This document shows, one piece after another, positions 42,581-53,000 of a stretch of 64,000 nt of DNA. The stretch covers positions 1,888 to 65,887 of the forward strand of contig CAWDHT010000010.1 of NCBI GenBank assembly GCA_963802165.1. Direction: 5' to 3'. How positions within the stretch are numbered: position 1 is the stretch's first letter; every line of letters starts with the position of its first letter. Position numbers and translations under genes: made by a program. This DNA is from an uncultured Chloroflexia bacterium. GTDB taxonomy: Bacteria; Chloroflexota; Limnocylindria; Limnocylindrales; CSP1-4. The notes beneath the pieces are model-generated. The model saw nothing but the letters and a program-made list of their open reading frames with translations. It was not told the origin of the DNA and did not search any database.

Positions 42581-43417
42581 TCACGGTGCCGGCCCGAAGC
42601 CCATCGGCCCGAGGATCTCGCGCCCGCCCGGGCCGGCCATCCATGCGAGGAACGCCGCGGCCGCCTCCGGGTGCCGCGACTCCCGCAGCACCACCCCCGC
42701 ATAGGTGGCGCTGACGTTCGCGCCCTCGGGCACCTCGAGCGGCGTGACCCCGCTCGAGGCTCTCGCATCGGTCAGGTACACGATCCCGGCGTCCCCCTCG
42801 CCCAGCTCCAGCTTGGCGATGACGGCCTTCACGTTGGGTTCGCGTGACACCACGTTAGCTGCATAGGCGTCCGCGAAGTCCGCGGGGTAGCCCGGTTGCA
42901 GGGCGAGATTCGCCACGAGCCGCGAGGCATAGCCCGTGATGGGAACTCCCTCGCCGGCGGCGATGACGAGAACGCCCGGCCGGGCGAGGTCTGCGGGCGA
43001 CGCGAGCTGCGCCGGATCGCCGGCCGGGACGACGACCGCGAGCGAGTTGGTCGCGAATGCCACCGGCTCACCATCGGCGAACCCGCCGGCCACGAGCCGC
43101 TCGGGGTTCCGGGTATCGGCGGACAGGAAGACGTCGCCCGGCGCCCCCTGCTCGACCCTCGTGGCCAGCGCTGCCGACGAGCCCGTGGCCACGGTGATCG
43201 TGACTCCGGGCGTCGCGCCCTCGTAGGCCTTCGCCGCCTGCTCGAGCGCGCCCTGCAGCGACGCGGCGCCCAGGACGAGCACCTCCGTGGGCTCGCGTGA
43301 CGGGCTGGCCGATGCCGAGACAGGCGCTGTGGTCCCGGTGGTGGCCAGCGGGGAGCAGGCCGCGACACCGATGGCGAGGAGCGCGATGATCGGCATTGCG
43401 GCTGCGCGGACCCGCAC
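42581..43417 (-). CDS. modA: Molybdate ABC transporter substrate-binding lipoprotein
   Basis: Lipobox (IALLAIGVAAC) and ModA-like fold sequence (…VLVLGAASLQGALEQ…DVFLSAD…). Confidence 0.85.
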   Translation of the reverse strand: MRVRAAAMPIIALLAIGVAACSPLATTGTTAPVSASASPSREPTEVLVLGAASLQGALEQAAKAYEGATPGVTITVATGSSAALATRVEQGAPGDVFLSADTRNPERLVAGGFADGEPVAFATNSLAVVVPAGDPAQLASPADLARPGVLVIAAGEGVPITGYASRLVANLALQPGYPADFADAYAANVVSREPNVKAVIAKLELGEGDAGIVYLTDARASSGVTPLEVPEGANVSATYAGVVLRESRHPEAAAAFLAWMAGPGGREILGPMGFGPAP

Positions 43418-43852
43418 TCAGCGCGCCTCGCGCCGCGCCGGGATCTCGACGATCACGTTCGTGGCCTTGACCACCGCCACCGCCTCGTCGCCGACCCGCA
43501 GGCCCATGTCGTCCACGGCTTCCGCGGTCATCAGGCTGACCATCCGGTGGGGGCCTGCCATGATCTCCACGACCGCCGCGACGCGGTCCTTCTCGATCCG
43601 GGTGACGATCCCCGCCAGCCGGTTCCGCGCGGACCCGCCGATGATCGGGCGGTCGGATGCCTGGGCGCGGCGCTCGGCGAGGAGGCGTGTGACCTCGGCG
43701 ATCGGCACCATCCGCTGGCCGCCGGCGGAGCGCTCCGTTCGAAGGCGACCCTCCGTTTCCCAGCGACGAATCGTGTCTACCGACACCTGGAGCATCTCGG
43801 CCGCCTGGCCCACGCGGAGGAGGGCGTCGCGGCCAGTCGTGTTGGCACTCAT
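43418..43852 (-). CDS. MerR-type HTH + TOBE (molybdopterin-binding) domain regulator, ModE-like
   Basis: N-terminal HTH (LLRVGQAAEMLQVSVDTIRRWETEGRL) and a C-terminal mop/TOBE domain (…RNRLAGIVTRIEKDRVAAVVEIMAGPHRMVSLMTAEAVDDMGLRVGDEAVAVVKATNV…). It is the first gene of the mod cluster. Confidence 0.75.
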   Translation of the reverse strand: MSANTTGRDALLRVGQAAEMLQVSVDTIRRWETEGRLRTERSAGGQRMVPIAEVTRLLAERRAQASDRPIIGGSARNRLAGIVTRIEKDRVAAVVEIMAGPHRMVSLMTAEAVDDMGLRVGDEAVAVVKATNVIVEIPARREAR

Positions 43853-43986
43853 TCCTAGATAATAGGACGCGCTGCACATCTCTTCCATATGTATGTGCGT
43901 GCCATCGTCGGCTCACGGCCCCCGTCGCCCGGACGGCTGGCGGGGGGCTGGTATCCTTGCTCCCCGCGACGCCCCCGTCGCCACGC

Positions 43987-44062
43987 GCGCCTGTAGCTCA
44001 GTGGATAGAGCGTCGGCCTCCGGAGCCGAAGGTCGCAGGTTCGAATCCTGTCGGGCGCGCCA
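43987..44062 (+). tRNA. tRNA-Arg (anticodon CCG)
   Basis: Manual fold: acceptor GCGCCTG/CGGGCGC (one G·U), anticodon arm TCGGC-CTCCGGA-GCCGA and T-arm GCAGG-TTCGAAT-CCTGT, with an encoded CCA. Very similar to E. coli tRNA-Arg(CCG). Confidence 0.88.
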
Positions 44063-45524
44063 TTGCAACCTTTTCGGGCAGCGCCAGCGCCAAACCGTGC
44101 GCGTAGGCCGCCGAGGTGAGGCGAACCCCGACGATCTCGGGTCCCGCGATCACGATCCGCTCGTAGATGGCGTGCATCAGGTCTGCCCTCTCCTTCGGTA
44201 CGTCTGCCTGCTGGACTGACTCGGCGATGGCCTGCAGCCATTCGATCGCGCGCTGTGCCGGGACTCCGACCCCCGACCCCTCGACGAGCACGTCCCGTGC
44301 CTCCCGGAGCGCCTTCAGCCGGGCAAGGTAGGCGTCGTCCGCGAGGTCGCCAGCCGCGTGCTCCAGGGCGAGCTCGCGGATCCGCCGGTCGATCCGGGCC
44401 CGGTCCATCTCGACCGGCCGCCTCGTCGAGCCGAGGACCGCCACCACCGACGCGATCGTGTCGTCGTCGACGGTGATGCCCGCGACCTGCGCCAGCATCG
44501 GTCCCTCCCAGATCGCGTCGGCCAGACGGGCCTTGCGGCCCCAGGCTTCGCACGGGTTGACGTGGAGCTTGCGGTGGCGACCGTCGCCGAACGTCCCGTC
44601 GTTGCGGATGCGGAGGCCGCACACGCACTCGAGGAGGCCGCCCAGGAGGTCGACGCGGTCGTGGCGCTTCGCTCCCCCGCCCCGGGTCTTGCCTCGCCGG
44701 ACGTCTTCGACCCGCGCCCAGAGCTCGTCCGACACGGGCGGGTGCGTGCGCCACGGTGCCGGCTTTCGCGACTCTCGGTCGCTCCGCCGGTGGCGGACGG
44801 ATCCAGCCGTTGTAGAGCGGGTTCATGAGGATCATCCGGATCCGGCTCGCCGCGAGCCCCGTCTCGGCCTCGAGCTGGGTCGGCACTCACGTTGCCCAGC
44901 GCATAGCGCTCGAACAGGCCGACCGCGACCCCGATCGGTCTCCGGGTCGACCTCGAGTGTGTGCGGCGGCTCGGGCAGGCGGCGGAAGCCGAGGCCGGCG
45001 TGCCCGCCCGGGTCGTCGCGGTGGTCGAACTTGGCGGCGTAGCCGTCCGTGATCCGCTCCGACAGACGACGGCTGTACTTCTCCGCGCCGGCGGCCTCGC
45101 TGATCAGCTCGTCCCAGTCGTGCGGGTCGGACGACAGGATCCGACGGTCGCACATGACGAGGGCCACGCCGGCCGGGTGGAGGCCGTCCTCCAGCAGCTC
45201 GAGCGTCCGGCGGAGGTTGCGCTGCCAGCGGTCGGAGTAGCCGGCGAGGAGGAGGTCGAACGCACCCGCCTGCGCCTCGACGAGCATCTCGGTCATCGTC
45301 GCCGAGCGCCAGACCGTGGTGCCGCTGTGGGCGACCTGGAACACCAGCCCCGTGTCGACGAGGCCGTGGCGCTCGATGAACCGGTCCTGCTGCTCGCGCT
45401 GGCTGGCCGGTCCGAAGCGGTCGTACTGGCCGGCGGTCGACTCGCGGATCCAGCGGGCGACCCGCAGGCCACGCACGTCGTCGAGCGAGCGGGGCAGGCG
45501 ACGGAGCGTGCGCGGTTCCCTCAT
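43998..45524 (-). CDS. Large serine recombinase (integrase), broken by at least one frameshift
   Basis: Resolvase catalytic domain in 44832..45524 (…RVARWIRESTAGQYDR…). The recombinase zinc-ribbon and coiled-coil domains are in 43998..44735 (…CVCGLRIRNDGTFGDGRHRKLHVNPC…). The 3' end reads through the antisense of tRNA-Arg (…RPTGFEPATFGSGG…). Confidence 0.75.
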
Positions 45525-45708
45525 GCGGCCCCGGCCTCGCGCGTCGTGTCCATGACGACCACATTCGCTCTGTTTCGCGCAGCAGCCAAGCGTTCCCGGC
45601 GCATCTGGTCGGGACCGTCCGGATACCGGCCGTGGAGGGCTTCGACGTACCGAGCCAAGGCGGCGACGAGCGGATCACGCTCCACCGGCCGCCGCACCTG
45701 CTCAGCCA
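45521..45708 (-). CDS. Small protein (62 aa) translationally coupled to the integrase (ATGA overlap); possible recombination directionality factor
   Basis: MAEQVRRPVERDPLVAALARYVEALHGRYPDGPDQMRRERLAAARN… Its stop overlaps the integrase ATG. Confidence 0.4.
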
Positions 45709-45714
45709 TCAGCG

Positions 45715-45742
45715 CGAACAACCGTGAGAACCGCGAGAACCA
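45715..45742. repeat. Iteron-like direct repeats GAACAACC-GT-GAGAACC-GC-GAGAACC between the primase stop and the int operon
   Basis: Seen in the sequence. Candidate origin or regulator-binding repeats. Confidence 0.3.
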
Positions 45743-45819
45743 CACAGGGGTCCCGCACGGCCCCCTACGCGGCTGCGCCAAGCCAATAACCACGTAAACC
45801 GCACAGCTTCCATGCAGCC

Positions 45820-47949
45820 CTAGACCCCCTTCGCCTGCGCGGGCGCCAGCGCGGTTGTCGTGGTTGTTGTGGTTGTTCGGGTCAGCCGGAGCACCGTGGC
45901 CGGCCGCTTCGCCCCGGCGAGCCGAGTCTTGGCCCGCTCGGCGATGCCAAGCGACTCGAGGAGCACGACGGCGGCCTCGAGCTCGGCCGCGCTCCGGACG
46001 CCGAGCGCCCGCTTCGCGTCCTCCCACTTGAGCGGCCCGTCGGCGAGCTGCGCCCGCAGCGCATCGGCGTGGCGGTCCCCGGTCGAGCTGCCGAAGACGT
46101 AGGCGACGGATCGGACTGCGTACTCCCACAGGGCGCGGGCGGCCCGGAGGTGCGGGACGTCGATGACGGACGAGCGGTCGAGTAGCGCGTACACGAGCGC
46201 CAGGCGCACGATCTGCGCCTCGGTCCGCGCGGTCATGGCGGCCAGCAGGCCCCAAGGTCGGTACAGCGTCAGCTCGAGATACAGCTCCTCCCAGGCGTCG
46301 CGCGCCTCAGTCGACCAGGGCACCTCGCCCGGTGTCTGGCCCTCGGTGATAGCAGCGCCGACCGCGGCGAACAGGGCGGGGTCGACGTGCTCGACGGGCG
46401 AGGTTGGGAAGGGCACGAGGCGCGTGCGCCGGACCGCCAGCCAGATGAAGCGGTTGCCGAAGCCGTTGGCGGCGTCGGTGCCGCTGAGCCTCGCTCGGAG
46501 TTCGACTGGCGTGACGTGGGCCACGATGCCGACGTGGTGGCTGTGGACGATCGACTGCTCGCGCGCGAGGATCCGGCCCATCGGGACGCCGTCCCAGGCG
46601 TCGCGGACCATCGGGGAGAGGGTCGAGCCCTCGCGGGCCATGACTGTCAGCAGCCGGCCGAACTCGCTCTCCATGACGAGGGCCCGGGGTTCGCCCTGCT
46701 TCTCGTTTGCCTTGAGGTAGCCGACGAGCCCCTCGCCTGAGCCCAGGCCCGCGACGATCAGCTGACTCCACTCGGGGTACGCCCGGTTCATCACCTCGCG
46801 CGCGATCGAGCCCGCGGTGCCCTTGCGGCCGGTGCTGCTGTCGCCGACGAGGACGACGAACAGGTTCGGCGCCTGGGCGCTCCCCTGGTAGATGAAGCGC
46901 AGATTGCGCATGGCGGCGCCCACCGACGCGAGGAGCGTTCCGAGGATGCCGACCGGGTCGGCCTCGGTGTGCGGGGCGACGGCGCGCACGATCTCGCCGA
47001 GCGGGCCGTGGTAGACCGCGGCGTCGGGCGGCGCGGGCCAGCCGGTGGCCGCGGGCTCGGCTGGCGCCACGGCGGCCGCGGCCATAATCGCGGCCTCGGC
47101 CGCCGGGTCGGGAAGCGGCGCACCGAGGCGCGCAGGCGTGTCGTCCCAGGCCCGCTCGAAGCGCTCCCGGAGCTCGGGCTCCGACAGTGGCACCAAGAAC
47201 CGGGGTGCCAGGACGGCGAGGACCCCCGCCCATATCTCGTCGGTTGAGATGCCGCGCCGGTAGCGGCTCGCGATGTAGTCCCGGATCGCCTCGTAGCGGG
47301 CGCCCGCGTAGCCCGGCGCGGGCAGGTCGTACCCGCCCCGCCCGACCTCGAGCGCGTCGTCGTCCGCCGCCGCGGGCGCGACGACCGCCTGCGCCCAAGC
47401 GTCGGGCAGCGTGGCGATCTCGAGGCACGAGCTCGCGGGCTCGTACACGGCGCCCGAGGCGTGGACGCTGCGGGGTCCGATCACGTAGCCGGCACCCGCA
47501 CCCGAGCCCCAGCGTGTGACGTAGCCGAATAGCTGGCCGACGGGTCTCGGCAGCTCCGTCGGCCAGCGCAGGAACACGTGCTGGCCGTGGGCGGTGTTCG
47601 TCCGCAGCGTCGGCGGCAACGCCCCGAGTCGGCCCTCGAGCTCGGCGAGCCGCGCCACCCCGTCGCCGTCGACGTCGAGCACGAACACGCCGTCGGGGCA
47701 CACCAGCCCGTAGTTGGGCTCCGACCCGGCCGTGAGCAGCCTCCGGATGCGGTCACGGTCCCGTGTGTACTCGAGGAACCCCTGCCGCCCGATCGGGTGC
47801 TTGCCGGGGCTCCCGCACGCCGCCCGCTTCGGGCACCGGCAGGTGCCGTCGGAGTCTGCGCTCCACACGCTGAAGACCCCGAAGCCGCGGTCGGCGAACC
47901 AGGTCGCGGCGCGAATGCGGTCCTCGGCGGTCGGGCGCGAGCCTGTCAC
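45820..47949 (-). CDS. Bifunctional primase-polymerase (Prim-Pol) with a C-terminal DUF3987-like NTPase region; plasmid/AICE RepSA-type replication protein
   Basis: Prim-Pol N-domain (…AATWFADRGFGVFSVW…GKHPIGRQGF…YGLVCPDGVFVLDVDGDG…NTAHGQHVFLRWP…) and a C-terminal P-loop-like VLVGDSSTGRKGTAGS. It ends in a poly-Thr tail. The GTG start at 47949 overlaps the RHH gene stop (GTGA). Confidence 0.8.
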   Translation of the reverse strand: MTGSRPTAEDRIRAATWFADRGFGVFSVWSADSDGTCRCPKRAACGSPGKHPIGRQGFLEYTRDRDRIRRLLTAGSEPNYGLVCPDGVFVLDVDGDGVARLAELEGRLGALPPTLRTNTAHGQHVFLRWPTELPRPVGQLFGYVTRWGSGAGAGYVIGPRSVHASGAVYEPASSCLEIATLPDAWAQAVVAPAAADDDALEVGRGGYDLPAPGYAGARYEAIRDYIASRYRRGISTDEIWAGVLAVLAPRFLVPLSEPELRERFERAWDDTPARLGAPLPDPAAEAAIMAAAAVAPAEPAATGWPAPPDAAVYHGPLGEIVRAVAPHTEADPVGILGTLLASVGAAMRNLRFIYQGSAQAPNLFVVLVGDSSTGRKGTAGSIAREVMNRAYPEWSQLIVAGLGSGEGLVGYLKANEKQGEPRALVMESEFGRLLTVMAREGSTLSPMVRDAWDGVPMGRILAREQSIVHSHHVGIVAHVTPVELRARLSGTDAANGFGNRFIWLAVRRTRLVPFPTSPVEHVDPALFAAVGAAITEGQTPGEVPWSTEARDAWEELYLELTLYRPWGLLAAMTARTEAQIVRLALVYALLDRSSVIDVPHLRAARALWEYAVRSVAYVFGSSTGDRHADALRAQLADGPLKWEDAKRALGVRSAAELEAAVVLLESLGIAERAKTRLAGAKRPATVLRLTRTTTTTTTTALAPAQAKGV

Positions 47950-48170
47950 GGCACGGGATCCGCGGGAGCGCCCGGCCGCGACGTGGACGCGCTGCCGCGG
48001 CGCCCAGCAGCCGCGCGGACGCGGGCGCGGAGGCCCTGGACGACCAGGAACGAGGCCTGGTCGCGCGGCGTGCGGCACTCGGCACGGGCGAGGTCGCGCA
48101 AGGCCGCCTCTGCGTCCTCGGGGATGCGGATGGTGATCGTGGGCATGCCCCGATTGAACGTCCGCTCCAC
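47946..48170 (-). CDS. Ribbon-helix-helix (CopG/Arc-like) DNA-binding protein
   Basis: MPTITIRIPEDAEAALRDLARAECRTPRDQASFLVVQGL. It is coupled to the primase gene. Confidence 0.7.
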   Translation of the reverse strand: MERTFNRGMPTITIRIPEDAEAALRDLARAECRTPRDQASFLVVQGLRARVRAAAGRRGSASTSRPGAPADPVP

Positions 48171-48251
48171 ACGCCAGGTAAACGAGGCGAACGCGACAAC
48201 AACACGCCATCAATGCGCCAGGAATGCGCCATCCGCTCCGCGGCGAGGCGG

Positions 48252-48713
48252 CTACCCCTCGAGCGGCCAGCCCAGGCAGTGGTCGTGCAGGAAGCGCTGG
48301 AGGGAACGTGTCGCCACGTCCAGCCGCGACGCGAGCTCGGCCTGGGTCGGCCGGCGTCCGCGCTCGACTCGGAACGCCTCGTGCGCCGCCCGGACCGCGC
48401 TGGCCGTCAGCTGGCCCGTGCCCCTCGGGCGCCCGCGCCCGGGCTCTGGGGAGTTGCCGCCCGGCCGCTCGGCTGCCCGCCGCCGGCGCGGAGCGTCGGG
48501 CGCCAGCCCGAGGAGCTCGCGCAGCCCGCCCTCGCCGAGCCAGGGCTCGACGCGGTCCAGGTACTCGAGCAGGCCCTCGAACGTCGGCTGGGGGCCCTCC
48601 AGCCCGCTGAGGTGGTGGTAGAGGGCGACGACCAGGTCCAGGTCGAGCACGGGCCGCTCAGCTTCCACGCGCGTGATGACCGCGTGCATGAGCAGCGGGT
48701 CGAACCGGCTCAC
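48252..48713 (-). CDS. Hypothetical element protein with a C-terminal HTH-like segment
   Basis: 153-aa ORF; …PTQAELASRLDVATRSLQRFL…. Confidence 0.45.
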   Translation of the reverse strand: MSRFDPLLMHAVITRVEAERPVLDLDLVVALYHHLSGLEGPQPTFEGLLEYLDRVEPWLGEGGLRELLGLAPDAPRRRRAAERPGGNSPEPGRGRPRGTGQLTASAVRAAHEAFRVERGRRPTQAELASRLDVATRSLQRFLHDHCLGWPLEG

Positions 48714-48860
48714 GTGCCGGCCCGCCGTCCCTGCGATGGGCAGCCGCGGGCGGCGCTGGGCGCGGCTGCGCCGCTGGCGGGTTCGGACACGGGGAGCGGC
48801 CCTCCGGGGTGACGTTTCAGCCGAGAGGCTGGCCGGCGAGCGGGAGTTGCTTCGAGCAGC

Positions 48861-49706
48861 TCAGTCTAGGCCGCCGCCGCTAGTGTGAACAGGTGTTCTA
48901 TCCACGAGATTCGGCCGGATGGTGGGGCGTTGTCCACATGTTGGGCGGCCATGGGGGATGGGCGGTGGATGCTGCGGGGGCGACTCTGCGCGTAGCGGAG
49001 CCTCCAGCACATCGAGGTACTCGTCGGCGATCTCGAACTGGATCGTCACCACCGTGAGGGATGGCGTGACGTTCTCGAGCCAACCCCTCGCCCGCTTGAT
49101 GCACGCTGGCAGCTCGACGTCGGCCGCATCGGGCCCGCCGCCCTGGCCCCTCCGTACGAAGCCTCCAAGGTTGAGGCTCGCTCCACCGGCCGGGCTGCTC
49201 CGGTAGCGTCGCACGTGATCGGCGGCTCGCCTGCGACCCGATCCCTGCCCCACGCCCAGCGCCTCGAGACCCGTGACCAAATCCGTTAACTTGGACGGCG
49301 GATACGCCTCGCTGACCCAGATGGCGCGCAGGCGAATTGACTCGTCGTCAGGCATCCGCCCAGCTTGGTTCCGCTCAGGATCGAGGCTTCGCCAGCCCAC
49401 CAGCCCGGCTCGCCCCATGGCCGCCTTGCGGACGGGCTCGGGCACAAGCCGCTTGCCCCACCGCGACCATGCGAACCGGTCAAGGGGGATCCATACAAGC
49501 CGTTCGATCCTGGTCGCTTGGACCTCTTCCTTGCCTGGTTCGACCGTCACCGCGCTGCCTCGATCGAGTGGGCCCGCCTCCCCGACGACGCAATGACGGC
49601 TTGGCGACACAGAGGTGTTGGGGCCAGCTGCAGTTGCGCCCAGGGCGACGCAACGATGGCTCCGCGGCCAGTCTAGTGCGACGCGGTCAGCGTCGATCGG
49701 CCTCAC
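48861..49706 (-). CDS. Hypothetical protein (uncertain; may be frameshifted)
   Basis: Long ORF in a lower-GC stretch. Parts look protein-like (…DESIRLRAIWVSEAYPPSKLTDLVTGLEALG…, …TPSLTVVTIQFEIADEYLDVLEAP…). The C-terminus is low complexity. Confidence 0.3.
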   Translation of the reverse strand: MRPIDADRVALDWPRSHRCVALGATAAGPNTSVSPSRHCVVGEAGPLDRGSAVTVEPGKEEVQATRIERLVWIPLDRFAWSRWGKRLVPEPVRKAAMGRAGLVGWRSLDPERNQAGRMPDDESIRLRAIWVSEAYPPSKLTDLVTGLEALGVGQGSGRRRAADHVRRYRSSPAGGASLNLGGFVRRGQGGGPDAADVELPACIKRARGWLENVTPSLTVVTIQFEIADEYLDVLEAPLRAESPPQHPPPIPHGRPTCGQRPTIRPNLVDRTPVHTSGGGLD

Positions 49707-49817
49707 GATGGAGGTGTGCGAGGCGCACGGGATCGCTGTCCCTACGGCATGCTTCGAATGGAGCGCCGCGTGACGGGGAAGGTGGTCGCAGCGGCGCGCG
49801 TTTGAACGGAGGGGACG

Positions 49818-50039
49818 ATGGGTATTCCCAGTGATCTAGTGAGGACGTTGCGCGATGCGTATCAGCAAGCGCCCCATGGTGACGTCGCGGTCCGGATCCA
49901 CCTCTTCGGAATCGCGCACGCGGAACGCCTCGCCGGCGTGAACCGAAAGGAGCTATGCGCCGCGGCGGGGATCTCCGAGAACTGGGCCACGGAGATCCAC
50001 AAGGGCATGCGGTTGTCGGAGTACGTGACGCTCCGTTGA
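49818..50039 (+). CDS. Small HTH-like protein (73 aa) immediately upstream of the giant GHKL-DUF3883 gene
   Basis: …GVNRKELCAAAGISENWATEIHKGMRL… resembles a helix-turn-helix. There is a 7-nt gap to the next ORF. Confidence 0.45.
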   Translation: MGIPSDLVRTLRDAYQQAPHGDVAVRIHLFGIAHAERLAGVNRKELCAAAGISENWATEIHKGMRLSEYVTLR

Positions 50040-50046
50040 TCTGGGG

Positions 50047-53000
50047 GTGCCGACGGTTGGCTGGCCGATATCGGGTTCCGCGGTCGTCGTCTTGGCAGGT
50101 TGCCGCGTTTTCCTTCCATCGTGCCCAGACTGCGGCCAACGGTCTGGACCTAGCGAGGACGGCGAGCACGGCGAAGTCCTCGCGCGCCGGCGAGGGCAAG
50201 CGTTGACTGACCTGCTTGAGAGCATCCGCCGTCAGAATCTGGGGGCATACGAGTCGATGCCGTCACGCGTCGACGAGGACGCGAACCAGGAATCACAGAT
50301 CTCCCAGGACTACCGTGGCCGCCTGACCTTCGAACTTCTGCAGAACGCGGACGACGCGATGGCTGGAGGCGGCTTCACGGAGCGAATTGTCTTCCGGCTC
50401 ACAGACGACGCTCTCGAGGTCGGCAACACCGGTCGTCCGCTCTCGGACGACGACGTCCGTGGGCTCTGCGGGACGGGAGCGAGCAGCAAGACGGCGATCG
50501 CGGGCCGCCGCAGGGCATCAATCGGCCACAAGGGCATGGGCTTCAAGTCCGTCCTGGAAATCACCGACGAGCCGGAAGTCATCTCCACCACGATCGGCCT
50601 CAAGCTGGATGCGGCCGAGAGCCTCCCTGAGATCAACGCGGCGCTCGGTCGCCATGGGATGCCGCCAAGGAGACGGGTGCCGACCATGCGCCTGCCATGG
50701 CCTCTGGATCGCGAGCCCGCCAGTTGGGCCGCGGCGCAGAGGGACGGCCTGCAGGTGTTGTTCCGGTTCCCTCTTCGGCCGAGCCTGTCCAAGAGCCAGC
50801 GAACCCTCCTCGCCCGGCGGATCCTTGACCTGCCGGTCACGGCCGCGTTGTTCCTGAAGCACCTCGACGACGTCGAGGTGGATGTCAGTACGAGCGACGT
50901 AAGGGGTCGCTTCCGGTGGCGTCTCAAGCGAGAACGCTTGGCGCACGGACAGTGGATCCATACGCCCGGCTTCGGCGACTCCGGCGTCTACCGCATTCGT
51001 GTGTCCGGTGCAGATGGCGTCGATCTGGCATTCCTGGTCGCACACGACGCCGACGTGGAAATCGGCTCGAACCGCAACGGGCTGGATGTCGCGTCATGGG
51101 ACGATGTCGATCTGACCGAGGTCTCGATCGCAGTGCCATGGTCACTGGCTGAGAAACGTCCATCCAGCGCGGGCCTCCCGGCGAACTGGGCGAAGTTCCA
51201 CGTGTTCCTGCCGACGGCCGAGGCGGCGCCCTACCCGCTCCTCATCAATGGCGCATTCAGGACGGACCTCTCTCGCCAGGAGGTGCGCGTTGGCGAGGAT
51301 GACCTCGACTACAACCGGCACCTGCTCCGGGCGACGGCCCGCGCCTTCGCTCAACGGCTGATCCCGGCGCTCACGGACGAGGGTGTGGCGGTCCCTGACG
51401 TCCTCGCTCTCGTCGACCGGTCGGCCGCGGCCGGCTCACGCTCCACGGGGAGTGCCGCCGCGGTGCTGCACGAAGCGATGCGCCGGGAGCTTCGGGACGT
51501 TGAGTTCATCCCGGGCGAGGACGGGCTCAGGCTCCGCATCTCGGAACTCGTGGTCCCGCCGCCCACATCGTCCGCGGGGCTCGGGGCCGCGTTCCGAGCC
51601 ACCCTGCCTTCGGATGCGACGTTCGGCGACCAATGGTTCCCGACCGGCGACATGTGCGACGCACGGATGGCGTCGATCCTTGTCGACTTTGGTGCGCGGC
51701 CACTCAGCATCCGCGAGACGGCCTCGGTCCTGGCCGGAGCTGACCCGATCCGCTCGAGGCTCCAGGCTCATCCGACACTCGGTGAGCGCCTGCAGGTGGA
51801 TCCGGTGCTGGATGTCCTCGGGCGCCTCTGGGCGGAGCTGCGTGGCCGCGAACGCACGGAGTTGGAGCAAGCGGCCCGTGAGTCGCCGCTGTTTCCGGTC
51901 GGGCTTGAGGCCGGCGTCACGCGTCGCGCTCGGTCCGACTCGATCCAATGCTTCTACCCGCCGCGGACGCTGGTCGGAGAGATCCCCCTCACCGGACTGC
52001 AGTTCATGCTCCAGCAGGTGTGCTGGGGCGACCTGACAGCCCGCGAGCGCACCGAGCGCCTCCATGACGAAATGGCCGCCTGGCAGGCGCTGTTTGGGAT
52101 CCGTGAGTTCAAGTTCCCGGACGTGATGCGGGCCAGCGTCTTCCCGGCCCTGGAACTCGAGCCGGGCGACGAAGGCAAGGCGCTCCGCGTCCGGTTGCAG
52201 GATGCGAATGTCATCGCCGCGATCTGTCGGCTCGCTGGCCGGACGGCCAACGCCAGTAGCCCGCTGCCATACGAGCGCCTCGGCACGAACCGAGCCCTGT
52301 TCAATCTCTCGCGGCTGCGCGTTCAGTGCCGCAACCGTGCCAACGACATCGAGCGGTGGGAGCCGGCGTACCGCGTCTACTTTGGCTCGGACTGGGTGGG
52401 GGAGGATTCTGTCGAGCACGTCCTCGACGCGATGCGTGAGCGCGGTCTCCCGACCCCCGACATTGCATTCCTCGCGCCACCCAATGAGTTCGTTCAACGG
52501 CTGGCCGAGGCGCGCCACATCCGGCCGGTTGCGGCTGATGACCAGATTGCTGACAACATTGAAGTAGGTGAGCAGGAGGACGAGGACGCCGCCCTAGAGT
52601 CGAACGACCGAGAGCGAGCGCTGAACTTCTTCACCTGGCTGGGCGTGAACCGTGTAATGCGGCCGGTCTCATTCCACGACGTGATGGACGCGGGCTCGGG
52701 ATGGCTCAGCACGGCTGGCCTCTCGAGACCCAAGGGCTGGGCATTCGCCGACCTCGGTGGTATCTGGGACGAATACGCCCGCTATGTCGCGGATGCCCCT
52801 GACGACGACGGCGCGGCCGCCACACGCTACTACTACGGACTCCACGACCTCGAGCACGTGTCCCCTCTGCTGTCGGCGGCGAGCCGCGACGAGACGGGGG
52901 TTATCGCCAGGGCCCTGTACGCCCACCTTGCGCGGGGATGGCCGCAGCTGAGTGCCTTCGCAAAGCTCGTGGTCGCCGTCAGCAGTGACAAGGGCATCAG

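Noticed and set aside
44255-45042. Multiple overlapping Arg/Pro-rich ORFs on the plus strand (e.g. 44358..44828, 44458..45042)
   Set aside because: Antisense to the serine recombinase gene, with low-complexity translations and no motifs.
47925-47945. 11-nt match (gtcgggcgcga) to the 3' end of tRNA-Arg, considered as a possible attR
   Set aside because: Too short and imperfect. It lies inside the RHH/primase junction rather than at a plausible element end. Treated as chance similarity in GC-rich sequence.
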